From Octopus sinensis (lineage: Eukaryota), in the NCBI RefSeq assembly GCF_006345805.1, contig NC_043007.1:47120001-47184000 (forward strand): DNA of 64,000 nt. The letters are read 5' to 3'. This document shows positions 1 through 13,470 of this stretch, in pieces. The translations under genes and the position numbers were made by a program. The notes beneath the pieces were generated by a model that did no database searches, had not been told where the DNA came from, and worked only from the letters and a program-made list of their open reading frames with translations. Each line of letters opens with the position of its first letter. Within the stretch, counting starts at the first letter, position 1.

Positions 1-60
1 TGTTTAATCTCATAGCTTTGTCAGTTTTCCCTTTAAGAACTACGAATATTTATGATATAT

Positions 61-780
61 TACTTGCTTCCCAACGACATGGTTCCGGGTTCAGTTCCAC
101 TGCGTGGCACCTTGAGCAAGTGTTTTCTACTACAGCCTCGGGCCGACCAAAACCTTGTGAGTGGATTTGTTAGACAGAAACTGAACGAAGCTCCTCGTAT
201 ATATATATAATTAGGATAGGTCATTATTTAAAGATTTATCAGTGGCCAGCATATTAGATACCATAATGGTTAATTTATATTAAAATTACAAGGGCATTGA
301 ATAACTACAACGCCAGTCTGCTAGAAGTAGAACCCAAATGGTCTAGGAACCACCTAGATTATTACCCCATTATCACAATTGTAAGCGAAGAAACTAGACA
401 GCGAGGATTTATAAAATGATTTGGATAGTACCATATCTATAGATTTCACGGTTTGAGTTATCATAAACACTTTCAGCTTTTAAAACGTATTCACGAATTT
501 AAAATCCAAGCGTCTATTTCAGCCATGTGATTTTTTTACTAGACTATTTGCGGTCTACTTCTAGCAGACCAGCGTTTTAATTATTCAATTCCCTTACTGT
601 CATTTATATAAATATATATATATATATATATGCTTGTGTGTGTATGTGTTTAGCAAAAGAGACCGATAGAATCAATACTAGGCTTACAAAGAATAAGTCC
701 TAGGGTCGATTGGTTCGACAAAATGCGGTGCTCGAGCATGACCGCAGTCAATGACTGAAAGCAGTAAACGAAAGAATGAA
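61..780 (+). mobile_element. tRNA-derived SINE family A copy, interrupted at its internal (TA)n by a ~390-bp insertion
   Basis: 61-210 (catggttccgggttcagttccactgcgtggcaccttgagcaag...gtgagtggattt) and ~635-780 (tagcaaaagagaccgatagaat...gcagtcaatgactgaaa) match the two halves of the copies at 2013-2378 and 34022-34425. Confidence 0.8.
290..595. mobile_element. MITE/foldback-like element with ~57-bp inverted arms
   Basis: 290-346 aagggcattgaataactacaacgccagtctgctagaagtagaacccaaatggtctag is the reverse complement of 539-595 with ~8 mismatches; no coding capacity. Confidence 0.65.
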
Positions 781-1017
781 AATACATTGATAGTGTTACT
801 TTTAATGCTATATTATACTAGAGTATATAACTATGCCTTTTTACAAGTATAGAGAATATACTTTTGAGAATTATTAAGTTGCGAGCCTAAATAGATCCAG
901 CCGCTATTTCGTATTCCATGGCTGATCTATAGAAGTAAATCAGATTTGTTATTATCCATTCCGTACTACGAATTTTGTTCCCTCATTATTTGTGCATACA
1001 ATACTTATTAGATTTAA

Positions 1018-1230
1018 GGCGGTGAGTTGATAATCCCATTAGTAGGCCGAGCAAAATGCTTTGCTATATTTCGTCTGTCGTTACATCTGAGGTCGAATTC
1101 AACCGAGGCTGACGTTACCGTTCATCCTTTCGGGATCAATGAATTAAGTACTAGTTGATCACTGAGGTTGATGTAATCGACTTACACGTTCTCCAAAATT
1201 GCTGACCTTGTGCCAAAATTTGAAAGCAAT
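1018..1230 (+). mobile_element. SINE family B copy
   Basis: Head ggcggtgagttga..., B-box-like gtcgaattc, tail cttgtgccaaaatttgaaa; homologous to 2917-3093, 53158-53351 and 55055-55237. Confidence 0.7.
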
Positions 1231-2012
1231 ATTTATTAGATTTGCTTCATGTTTATCCCAGAATTATTAAATTTAGGATGCTTTCAAAATATTTAGGTCA
1301 GCGCAATATATTTCACTCTTTATTGAATTGCAAGTAGATTCTAGTTTCGTTATGTAAATGTGTGAGAGAAGGAGAGAGGTGTGTGCGTTACTGATGTTCT
1401 TATGTGCTTAAATATTAACAAATATGGTTTGAGAACCTTTTGTGCAGCAAACTGTAATGAAAGAAATACATTATAAAGGTAAAATATATTAAAAATGTGC
1501 ATGGTATAGAAGCTTAAAATATCCCCGAGCAGATTGTAGGTATATATGAGAATGTTTGAAGGAAATAACGATAGAAAATGATGAAAGATCAATGGTGCAT
1601 CATTATTAAAACAAGTAAATATGGCTATCAGAACGCAAGATCAAATATAAAAATCGATTGATAGAGGCGAGTATCACAAATATATATTTTCTGATATCGA
1701 TCAAAAGATAAAGTTCAGTGGACCACTGTATACAATGCTAGATATATTTGGTTCATTAAATTGGTTATCGTCTTGTTCAACAATTCTTTTGATGAGCATT
1801 CATAAACTTAAGTGATGTTAGCTTTCTTGTTGAAAGTACCTACTCTGCTTCGATGATGACCTTATTTCTTTTGTATATGTGGCTTCTTCCTTGACACAGT
1901 TTTCAATTTTTATTGCTGAAGATTGGACAGAACAATAAATTTAGATTGAAGTGGTTCTTCATATTTCCTGAGGAAATCAAATAATGTTATATCTATATAT
2001 ATATATATATAA

Positions 2013-2492
<480 letters not shown>

Positions 2493-2916
2493 CTGCCTAG
2501 TTCAATTTTACTTCTCACCCTGTTTAAGGTTGTTAAAATTCACAAACCGGAGCAAAATATTGACGAAACAGTGAGGACGTGGGGTCGGGTACTTAGTGGT
2601 ATTTGTTCTGGGTCTTTGATTTGTGATTTCAAATATCACCGTGACATACTATGGTGGATAGCAATGCGATACCCGGATTAATATCATTACCAAGCAAATT
2701 GGGCGCTTTTCGCAAAGACTAATGCATTAGAAATATTCAGGCTAGGTCTTCTGTCTGAAGATATTATTCACAACCCTTCCTGCTGCAAATCCAGAGTTTA
2801 TTACAGGTGCCTATATACTGCTTTCTCTCCTTACTAAAGATATAAAGAAAATGTCGGTAAATATATCTAAAAGGTCACCGAATGAGAAATATGTGATATT
2901 AGTAAACCTATAAATA

Positions 2917-3093
2917 TATTGGTTTCAACTTTTGGCACAAGGATAGAAATATCGGGAGAGAGATAAAGTGATTACGTCGAAGGGATGAAAGGTAAGGAAG
3001 ACCTCGGTGGAACTTGAACTCAGATCGTAAAGAAGGATAAAACGCCGCTAAATATTTTTGCCGGCGTTCTAAAGATTCCACCAATTCGTTGCC
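2917..3093 (-). mobile_element. SINE family B copy (internally deleted)
   Basis: Reverse complement matches head and tail of 1018-1230. Confidence 0.65.
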
Positions 3094-3633
3094 CTAAAAC
3101 TGAGAAATATATTGAATAGCGGTAAATATTTAGGAGTACAGTGAAGTGTAATTTAGAATCATTTACTAATAATTAAGTAATAATAATTCTCCAGTGACAC
3201 AAAAATTATGATAAATGAATTACGTGAATCAAATGTAATTTAGGCATAAATTTCGTTGATAAATTACATTTCCCACGTATATTGAAGCATTTAAGGAAAA
3301 CAATGTCTAATATTCACAAAAGTACACTTTTTGTAGCATCTCCTAATGAAATGTTAGTATACTTTTTGGTACTGGCACAATGGGATAACCATTTAGTCAA
3401 TCTTATCGAACCTAATTTTCTTGTATTTACTTCACATTGTTACTTATTTTACCGAGCTCTCTTTGCTGGCATTTGACATTACAAACATAAGGCACAAAAA
3501 GTTAGCATAAGCACATACATCTATGTAATTTTCCAATCTTATCTGAGGCGTGTACATATACATCAATGTAATTGAGATTATATCTATATACATATGTGCG
3601 TGTGTGTGCACATGTGTGTGTATGTGTGTGTGC

Positions 3634-4900
3634 GTTACTCTAGACCTTGGCCCAGGTATACACAAGCCCTATCATAAGTCAAACGAGAGGCTGTCCTATA
3701 TTAACACAACCTCCTGCCATCGTGTCCTAGAACTAAATGAAGTGTGTCAGCAAGAGGATTTCGAATGCATCCTCTAGCCAAAATATATTCGCTGCCACCT
3801 ACTACAAAGAGTGACTGGCGTCTAGTGGGTTTAAGGAACGCATATCCTATATGTCATGCTCTAGCACCCGGAAAAGGAAGCACAACCGAACCGTCGTATG
3901 GTTTGCTCCACCCTTCTCACTCAGCTTCAAGACTTATATTAATAGAAAAACACTTCATACAAACACACTGAAATAGACCTTTATTCAAAAGACCCAATCT
4001 AAGTGCTTCCTTTACTTGTGCACTAAACAAAAAGTATTTTAAGTAACACCCACAAAGCACGGAAGGAGGCAGATTACTATTGCAGTGTGTACAATGACTG
4101 CTCAGTAGGGCGCCGATGTGAGGCCGAAGGAGTCATCTATGTGACTACAGTGACATCTAGAGCTAACAACCACAGTAACAACAATGTGCCATCCAACAAC
4201 AACGATGATGGCACTGGAGGCGGTGACAGTGGAAGAAAGAACAGCTCTGACGCTAACGAACCCCGTACGAACAGCACAGCCAGAGAGGATGACCAGTCCG
4301 GTAGCAAGGACATCGAGGAGGTAACCGGCGACCTCAGTGCCAACACCACAGCCAGGGAGGATTACCAGACCACTACGAGCATCAACGAGGAAGTAACAGA
4401 CACCACACCTTACTATACCAACAGCCAGCCCTATGGCCAGACACGGCCACCACGGCGATAACAACCTCAATGACAATAAACGTTCTAGCGCCGCTAGACC
4501 AATGCGCCATAATCATAGCAGACTGCGCAACACCGTCAACAACAACAATATCTCCTGATCCGGAGGCAACTAGAGTTACACCAGGAATGTGAACATAACC
4601 AGTAAATACATCGGATCGGCCAACACACCTTTCAATTGACGCTATTACAACCACCAATCATCCTTCAGGGTCCCAGAAAAACGTTTCGTTACGTCCCTGG
4701 CCAGCTATGTGTGGCGCCTTAAAGGTCAAAGGACCTCGTATCATATCAGGTGGAAGATCTCAGCATAACCGGGCGCCTGTATTAATGGGAGCAGGCGCTG
4801 CAATATGTACATCCCTGAGCGACGCACATATACACTACCTTTGCACTCCACCAGAGGTCATTGAACCCCATGTTGGGAACCACTGATATACACATATCTC
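3634..4900 (+). mobile_element. 5'-truncated, decayed Penelope-like retroelement (RT thumb, linker, GIY-YIG endonuclease)
   Basis: Across frames: VTLDLGPGIHKPYHKSNERLSYINTTSCH (PLE RT end), VVWFAPPFS (linker), CSVGRRCEAEGVIYVTTVT, KYIGSANTPF..RYYNHQSSF...SLASYVWRLK, NGSRRCN; stops and frameshifts present. Confidence 0.85.
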
Positions 4901-6722
4901 TGTATATATTTGCTTTTATTCTAATATGTATCCTGTCTTGGTGTAAGGAAGAAAATGCATAATCTACAAAGATTTTTGGAGTTGAGTTCATGTATATCAG
5001 TTGCCATAGGAAGTATATCAGAGCCCATGACTCATTTTCCCGCCTCGTTGATTGGGGAAAAATACATTTCCCCCCAATTAGGTGACCTGGCCTATGTACT
5101 ATCACTTAATTCGACAGCATTAAAGGCCGCCATTGGCTGGGAGATAGTTCTTAGTTTGATGATAGAATGAAAGATCTAATTTCAAAGGATTAGATCCAAT
5201 ATCACGTCGGATTACCCACAGAGTGTATTGAAATACACTTTGTTTAAAATACCGATTGTCACTAAAATTTAATGATATGGGGATTAATTATTAGGATCAA
5301 CTTAACACCATACTAAAACGGAAAGTTGAATAATACATTTCATAATATTCCCCAATAACCAATAAACGATTTCTCATATCACGTACTCTGTATAGAGACT
5401 GATAAAAGAATATGCGAAACATAGATGCAATAGTTAAGCATTAATCAAAATCCTTTAGATGAAGACATTTAACATTATAGTTTGATGTTCAGATTTTTAC
5501 AAATTCTGTTTCAGTCAGTAATTGGTGCCAGTAATGTATAACCAACCTCAAGACATTCCCAAAACAACGGAGGTGTCATTGATTTAATGAACTACTGTTC
5601 TATATTGAAGAGATGAGGAATTATGTACATTATTTATATCTGATGGATATTTGTCTTTATCTTGTTTGTTGTTAACACAACGTTTCGGGTGATATACCCA
5701 CCTGCCTTTATCAGGTGTCTTGGAGAAATTTCGAACCTGGGTTCTCATTCCTAAGGTATTGTTCGATGTCATTAGCCCGGACTTTTAACCACTACGCCAT
5801 ATGCCCGTGGGTAATTATGGAATGAATTTTAGGGCTTATAAATCTAATATTTTCCTATCCTTCCTTAATCCCGGTCCCCACATGCTATTCATATCTGCAA
5901 CCGGTCTTCTTAGGAGATTCTTGTGTACTAGCATATGTGCTGCTTCTTTCAATTTTCATATTTTCCAGTGATGTTCTCTGTCTATTATTTAAATTTTAGC
6001 CTACAGGAGGGGGTCTCCATCTGCACATATATGATCAGCTACACCCGATTTATCAATATCTCTTCGTGTCACAGCTTTGCGATGTTCTTCTATCCTTATT
6101 TTGAGGGGGCAGCATGTTTCACCTTTGTATGACCTACCACAGCTGCATGGGATGGAGTACACGCAGTTTTTGGTCATATTCCCTTATATTGGTGGTTTTA
6201 CACGAAACACATATTTGCGAAGTGTCGTATTACTCTTGAATACTGTCCTGATGTCATATGGGCCGCATATCTTTTGTATCTTTTCAGAGAGGCCTATCAC
6301 ACAGGATAAACACACTGTGGACAGTTTATTGGTATCATCCTCTCTTTCCTTCATAATTGGAGTGGATAGTATGCTTTCGGGTTAGTTGTTGCTTAATAGA
6401 TTGTTACTGATCATTTCTTCCTGGTGTGTATCATGATCACTACTTATATTCTTTGCTCGATATTTCTTTACAACGTATGGATGGTGGAAATTGAAGTTGA
6501 GGTATCGTCCATTGAATGTCGGCTTGCGGTATACGGATGTCCTGAATCCATACTCGGCGCGTGTTATTAATACGTCCAGGAATGCTAACTGATTGTCTTT
6601 TCCCCTTTCCATTGTGAACTGTATGGATGGTTTTATTGAGGTCACATGATCTAACAGAATATGGCGTAGTACATAAGAATGTGGACTAACCTCAAGATTC
6701 CGAGTTCGAATCCAGGGAGTTA

Positions 6723-6726
<4 letters not shown>

Positions 6727-6793
<67 letters not shown>
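6727..6793. repeat. (AAT)n microsatellite within the Penelope terminal repeat
   Basis: Direct reading. Confidence 0.95.
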
Positions 6794-6796
<3 letters not shown>

Positions 6797-6841
6797 TCCA
6801 AAAATACCTTAGGATTGAGAACTCAGGATCCAAATTTCCCC

Positions 6842-6889
6842 AAGACACCTGATGATGGCTGGAGTGTATATCAGCCGAAACGTTGTCTT
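6842..6889 (+). ncRNA. Minimal hammerhead-ribozyme-like motif in the Penelope terminal repeat
   Basis: CTGATGA (6849-6855), helix II GGCTG/CAGCC (6857-61/6872-76), GAAA (6877-80), palindromic AACGTT in place of helix III; helix I imperfect. Minimal hammerheads are established in PLE pseudo-LTRs. Confidence 0.6.
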
Positions 6890-7261
6890 AACAACAAACA
6901 AGATTAAGACAAATATCCGTCAAATGTAAATAATGTAAATAATCTATGTGAAATATTTCCATCGGTCGCAGAACATAGACAGATATGATGCCACAAGGTG
7001 AAACTATTAAATATTGGTACATTGTTATACAGTTCTTGAAATAGAGATATTTCAGTGTAGTAATATTCGTTAACAGAATAACAGAAAATCTTGTCTTTGC
7101 TCACTTAATATATTAAACATTATTTTCCCGGCGTTAAATGCCTTCTATCCCTTTCTGTTTTAAACTCCGCATCTATCACTGTCAGCTCATTCACTTCAGA
7201 TCGAAAAGAATGTAGTCTGAGGGCTCTTGCTGGTCGAAGTGTAAACGATACAATTAGTCTT

Positions 7262-7657
7262 TATTTTTCTGTTTTTACTTGTTTCAGTCATTTGACTGCG
7301 GCCATGCTGGGGCACCGCCTTTAGTCGAGCAACTCGACCCCAAGACGTATTCTTTGTAAGCCTAGTACTTAGTCTATCGGTCTCTTTTACCGAACTGATA
7401 ATTTACTGGGACGTAAACACACCCCAATCGGTTGTCAAGCGATGTTGGGGCGACAAACACAGACACACAAACATTTACACATACATATTTATATACATAT
7501 ACGGCGGGCTTCTTTCATTTTCCGTCTACCAAATCCACTCACAAGTCTTTGGTCGGCCCAAGGCTATAGAAGAAGATACTTGCCGAAGGTGCCATGCAGT
7601 ATGACTGAACTCAGGACCATGTGGTTGGTAAGCAAGCTATTTACCACACAGCCACTT
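7262..7657 (-). mobile_element. SINE family A copy, full length
   Basis: Reverse complement begins gtggctgtgtggtaaatagcttgcttaccaaccacatgg and ends cgcagtcaaatgactgaaacaag. Confidence 0.9.
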
Positions 7658-10339
7658 GTAAATAGTTAGCTTATTATTTCTATGCACAAGCCGTTGTTAC
7701 ACAAAGTGCTACTTTAGCAATGACCTTTCGGTCGATTATATTTCAAATTACGATTATCTTAACATTTATGATTATACAACTGCAACACTGTTCGATCATA
7801 ACTGGTTTGCTTTAAGATAAAGATTACAATTTGTATGAAATCACTCCTTGAATTATCTATAAATTTATTCACACACATACGCTCACACATTTATACTCAT
7901 AATATAATACTCTACGTGATACACACGTTGTATGCAATCATATTTGTATGCAAATATATACACACTTGTACATACCCTCGCACACATATACACAAATTTT
8001 TTACTTATCTAACATGATACAATTGCTTCATTCTTTGTTTCTAGATTGCAAAAGTTAATTTGATGTCTTACAATGTAAACGTCTCTTTCCTCATGCGTCA
8101 TTTTCAGTTGACTCTTTATACAACCAATAGTTTATGCTTCTGTCTATACATCGTTAGACATTCTAGTAAACAAATTCGTGTTTAGTAGTTACAATATATC
8201 TCTTCATTCGTGAAATGTGGGCTACATTGAAGAGATATTTTTGCAAGTCACATCAGTAATTAAGTTTCCTGCCGAGAAATAGAACGATGCTATAGCAGAA
8301 GATATGAAAGCAATGTGGCAACAAGGTCTGTGTGCTTATGTGTGTGTATGCGCGTGGGTGCGTGTGTGTTTGTTTCTGTATGTGCTTGAGTGTTTGTGTG
8401 TGTGTGTGAATGAGTTAGAGTATTCATGTGTATATGCATAGATGTAGCATAAGCAAATTGTTAACAAATGCATGCATGACATTTTGGTGAAGTGTCATTC
8501 ACCAAAGCCACAGATTGTGTAGTAACGAATAAGAGAATTAAACCTTTTCCTATTTACCACTCGCCAATTAGGTGACACTTGACAAAACGAAATGTAGCAG
8601 AATCGGAAATCTGGGAATAGGATGTGCTGATTATAATTTACAAGACAAACATTCCAACTATTTCCTATATTTCTACTACCGTATTGCAATAATCTTTGAG
8701 AGGCTGGATATAATTAAGTAAATTCTATAAAACATTTACTTTTTTGTAGTTTTGTTTAAATTTTATGTTTAAAATTATACTTTACTTCAAATTTAATGCT
8801 AATATTTACATTTTAAAATAGTAATTTACATAATTGTAAAATGATTTCCAAAACGTATCGCAAATACTAATTTCCATATATTATGTCAAATGACTTCTAA
8901 ATTCCTGAGTTTACACATATGTAAATTAATACTAATTGAACAACACTACTTATCAATTCTCAAAACTCTTGATAAAAATCATTCTTTATCCAGAACAGCT
9001 GGTATTAATCGGAAAACAACTGTAACATTATGACCATTCATTTCTTCTAATTCTTATCTCTCTAATGAATATAGGTCCCGCTTTATTGATTATACAATTT
9101 AATAACTAAATCATACTTAGTCATGTCATCATTATCTGTTTTAACTTTAATTAAAATTTTCTCAGCTTTTAATCATATAACATCAACCTGGAGGTGTTAC
9201 ATGACATCGGAATGTTATGTTATTTTGTATATACTTCAGCTCTATTACAGCACCCCGACTAACGTTGGTATAAGTAAAATAAACAGCACTATGATGAAAT
9301 GACCAAATTTTCATAAATGCTGTCAACAAGTCGGATGACATTCCAAACTATGTCATATAAATAAAATATTTTCCATGTTACTCTAGCGTAATTGATTAGA
9401 TGAATAATGTAACATATTGTCCCTAAAGGTTATAAAAAGCCATCTAGTTACATCGTGCTTGAAGAGGGTTAGTGACGTATACACTTTGATTGAAAATTAG
9501 CTCCAGTTAATATATCATCACCAACTTGCATAGCTTTGCTGACCTAATGATTAGCATACTTTAATCATTCTAAAATAATAACTAAGATGGATTCTCCTGC
9601 ATCACTGTGTGCGTGAATGTAAAAATATATAATTTCTTCTATTTATATTTTTTTTATTTCACTCAATAGGTTATCGCCATGTCAATCAATAAATTGTTCC
9701 ATTATTTGCTTGGCCAATCCTTCAACTGGCTCGTCGGCGTAATTTCGGCGCATTAGCGATCTGGTTGATAATATGACTTTATCAGATCTTTTGTTATACT
9801 AAAGCAAATGAGGCATCTCACCAATAACCATTTTGTCAACCCACTGCCCTATATCCAACAGTTATCATACCACAATAATTCACAATATTATCCAACTCAG
9901 AACTAACAACAAGCGTACAATATTATTTATAAAGGTTCGTTCTCACTTGATAAGTCATCCGTCATTATATCGATGCACCCTATGTATGTATGTGTGTATA
10001 CATGTGTGTGTGTTTATGTATGTACGTATGTGTGTGCATGTATATATGTATGTGCATATATATATTTGTGTGTGTGTGTGTGTATATGTATGTATACGTA
10101 TGTCATTATTCGATTTTATTTCAAGGCTTCTTGCCAATAGAGAAATAGTCGGTTTCTAAGTTGGTTCCAAAGCGCCTTCATTGGAATTTCAACAACATCA
10201 AGAGGGTAATTTTTATATGTGTGTATGTATGTATATCTGCAAATTTATGTTTTGTTTTGTGTATGTAGTCTCGTTCACATAGTTACATATCTAGACATTC
10301 TCATATGTACTTCATTTATAAGCTACTGGAAGATTCTAC

Positions 10340-10773
10340 AGATTTTTACAGTTCCAGTGATGGCTTGGATGTGTAGTCTTCGAATCAGCTTTCTTCTTTC
10401 TGGTTTTGAGATGCCTAATTACGCAAGATTAGTATTTAGGCAGTGAGTTACATATCCCAATACCCCACTGCTTACTTGTATAAACCTGAAATTGTAATTT
10501 TGAGAGAGTAGCTGCTGATCCCTCAATATTTCAGTTTCAATATATTCTTTTTCACTGTTCCTTAGCTTTATGTTAACATCCGCTGGGCAGCTGATTTCCA
10601 CAACTGTACAAAGTTTCTCGTCTCTCTCCCAAATTACTATGTCAGGACTATTACGTTTACATTTTAATGGGGCATTCACAGGGACGTTCCACCAGTACTC
10701 CTTTTCATTATGACTAGCTATGGCTCCTACCACATCATGTCTCATTGGTAGATAATACCGTGGTGTCATTTTC
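10340..10773 (-). mobile_element. R4/Dong-like non-LTR retrotransposon 3' fragment (restriction-like endonuclease)
   Basis: RHDVV...EYWWNVPV...RNSPDIVIWERDEKLCTVVEISCPADVN...EKE matches the RHD...RPD..D..E(x)K restriction-like endonuclease pattern. Confidence 0.75.
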
Positions 10774-10796
10774 GTATATATATATATATATATAAA

Positions 10797-11285
10797 TGAT
10801 CGAGTTATCCTTATGATCTCTTTGTCGAACAATCATTTAGTGAAGAGGCCATTAGGATTTGGATCGTGAATGCATCCAGAAGACCTTTGGAGTTTGTCGA
10901 GGACTGGAAATCTGTATTGGCAATGACCAAGCCATGTTGGGAACAGAGAATTAGAAAGTTGAATGTCACTGGCGTTTATTTTCCCAAAACCCTGATGACC
11001 AACAGATCCCGGCCAGATAACATGACTTTGACCGATCCTGGAATTCAAATTTCCCCGCAGAATGATCTTAGCGGGCTTGAGCATCCTTCGGATGACATTG
11101 CGCGTGGGCTTACAATACCTGTCCATCGCTTCTTCAAGAGATTCAACAGTAGGCGCATAGACACTGATGATGGTGGGGTATTGGTCCTTGGAGAGAGCGA
11201 GCCGCAGCGACACGTTCATGCAGTTCACTTGGAAGAGCTACCATCTTATTTGCAACGAAGTTTCTTCATAGCGAAGGGCATTTAT
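10797..11285 (-). mobile_element. RTE-clade LINE AP-endonuclease fragment
   Basis: SLRLALSKDQYPTIISVYAPT...IILRGNLNSRIG...WPGSVGHQGFGKIN, then WMHSRSK and VIVRQRD in other frames. Confidence 0.8.
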
Positions 11286-11289
11286 TGAA

Positions 11290-11520
11290 TTCTGTCATTG
11301 CCATCTATGATTCCCTTCCAGCAGAATGTATATCATTCTTCCTGTTCAGCTTTGAAACATCACAGGAGACTGCTGTTCGGAGTCACATTCAGTGCCTTCA
11401 GTGCGATAGAAACTGTATATCTCGTATCGGCCTTCTCAGCTGTGTCCGCTCTCAAGAGAAACAATGTGTTATAGGCGAAGGTGGGGGAGGATGAACGTCT
11501 TGGATCGACACTGTCATCAC
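11290..11520 (+). mobile_element. RTE-clade LINE extreme 3' end
   Basis: QCLQCDRNCISRIGLLSCVRSQ resembles the RTE C-terminal CxxC..SRIGLxSH motif. Confidence 0.6.
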
Positions 11521-11579
11521 CTTTAATGGACTGTCATACACAAGTAATACATACATTCATATATGTATTAAATATCTGT

Positions 11580-11683
11580 GTGTGCGTGTATATACATATG
11601 TGCATATACACGCACACATACATATCACACACACACACATATATCACACACACACACACATATATCACACACACACACACATA

Positions 11684-11777
<94 letters not shown>
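11580..11777. repeat. Compound (CA)n / ATAT(CA)n / (AT)n simple repeat
   Basis: Direct reading. Confidence 0.9.
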
Positions 11778-11778
<1 letters not shown>

Positions 11779-12334
11779 CTCTCCGTGTAAATTATAAATG
11801 AAAATACATACTGCTTTACATGGTATGCAAAATGATAGTGGATCAATGGCTTACCATGGATTAAAGTTAACACACGATATATTATGTTTCCTTAATATAT
11901 CATGTTATAAAAAGCATATCTTTCAGAAATTTCCTCAAACCAGAATACTTGATTTCTTCTAAATGTCACTCCAATAAGATGATTATTGAAGAAGCAGCAA
12001 CCTTTCCATCTTTATTGAAGTACACATGTATATTATTTAGTTTGCTCTCGATTTTGAAATTAAATCCTGAACGGATTTTGAACCAGTTGTTGTTGCTTTT
12101 GCTGTTGATTCTGCTGTTTCAGCCTTCTCTTTTCATATCTATCTTTTTCAGCTACTCGTGGATAAAACCGTCATATGTCTTGCTTCCATTAAGCTAAGGG
12201 CTGAGATATGTGCCTTACATGCCTAGTAACATTGCATTTTTTTCATTACACAAAATAGGACCCAATGCTTGTGCTAGGAATCATTCTAGGGACCCAATGT
12301 CCATACATTGCGTAGTTTTGATTTGGTTGTGAAC

Positions 12335-12400
12335 TTGTGCCACGTTCACCTATACTGCGCTAGTCGGGCCATATTTAGAATATCCTTCTTGCCGCCAATA
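12335..12400 (+). mobile_element. Tiny CR1-group RT remnant
   Basis: TYTALVGPYLEYPS resembles the LYxxLVRPHLEY motif; very short. Confidence 0.3.
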
Positions 12401-12825
12401 GAAGTAAAACAGGATCTTTGTTATTGATGTTATTGATGCTATTTTCTGCAATAGAATTTTTTATGCTTATGTATGTGTTTACCGTTGTTTGAGATGTATT
12501 TGCCAAACAAAATTGTATTTTTTGCATATAATTTTTTGTTCGTTTTTATTTTCTACATGACTTTTGCTTCTTTTTTTTATTTTTGTTCTTGTTCCAAATG
12601 TCTGAAGGCAGTAAAAGAAATTAATGTATTCAATTCGTACTTTCTCAAAAATTAAATATACTCCACGAATAAAAGTCAACCACACTATGAACAGATTTCA
12701 CCAAAAAATCATTTCAGCTTAAACAGTGATCGATAATTTATCACGCGCGATAAACGACTACTGATTTAGGTCCAAGGGTAGGTAGTCATCTGAAATTAGT
12801 CCATACCATCAAAACCATTACTTGG

Positions 12826-13470
12826 TTAGTATCTTATTTTAACGGCCCTGGAATGACGAAAGGTAAAGCTAACATCGATGTTATTCGAAATATTCACACC
12901 AAAAATATTTTTTTTAGTAACCACAAGGGTTCTAAATGGTGTAGAAAAATATAAATTAACGTTAAATTGGAGACTTCCTAATTCGCCTGTGGTTTGGCGG
13001 AGAAGTTCTACAAATAAGAGGAAAGAGCTAAACGACGTTTGAATGAAAAAGAAGGGGATATAAAACAAAACATGCACAAAATATAATGAACCACAATATT
13101 TAAGACAAGATATTTATATACATATACAAACTCCCCCACTCCTAGTTACATTGATTAGACAACACCAGCATTACAGATTATACTTCTACCTATCTCCTTT
13201 CTGTAGTGTTTAAGATTGGTGATGTCAAAATGATCCTTGAGCAGCTTGTTGCATAACGTTTTGTAATGTTTATGCGTTCGATCCCCGACGTCTTTTTTTA
13301 GGTTGTTCACAGAAATGCTAGCTGTATTACCGGCACTATTAATGATTTCCCTCAAGACTCCATCCAAATTTCAAGAGCAAGAGTTGAATCTGTAGCAGAA
13401 GTAATCGCTGAGAACATTGTAGAACTCCGGTGTAGACTTGTATGAAAGGAGACGTAAGAACTAGTCTACA
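12826..13470 (-). mobile_element. Possible Penelope-like ORF N-terminal remnant
   Basis: NNLKKDVGDRTHKHYKTLCNKLLKDHFDITNLKHYRKE loosely resembles PLE N-terminal regions; no catalytic motif seen. Confidence 0.25.

Larger units (their letters stand above)
5600..6942 (-). mobile_element. Penelope-like element: 3' body on minus (5600-6657) plus an inverted copy of its terminal repeat on plus (6658-6942)
   Basis: Minus strand: IQFTMERGKDNQLAFLDVLITR...VYRKPT...YLNFNFHHP (RT thumb) and NCVYSIPCSCGRSYKGETC (GIY-YIG); 5617-5800 is the reverse complement of 6658-6942 apart from a deletion around the (AAT)n. Confidence 0.85.

Noticed and set aside
4087-4461. Host mucin-like or low-complexity gene
   Set aside because: Flanked by Penelope RT-linker and GIY-YIG motifs, so it belongs to the retroelement
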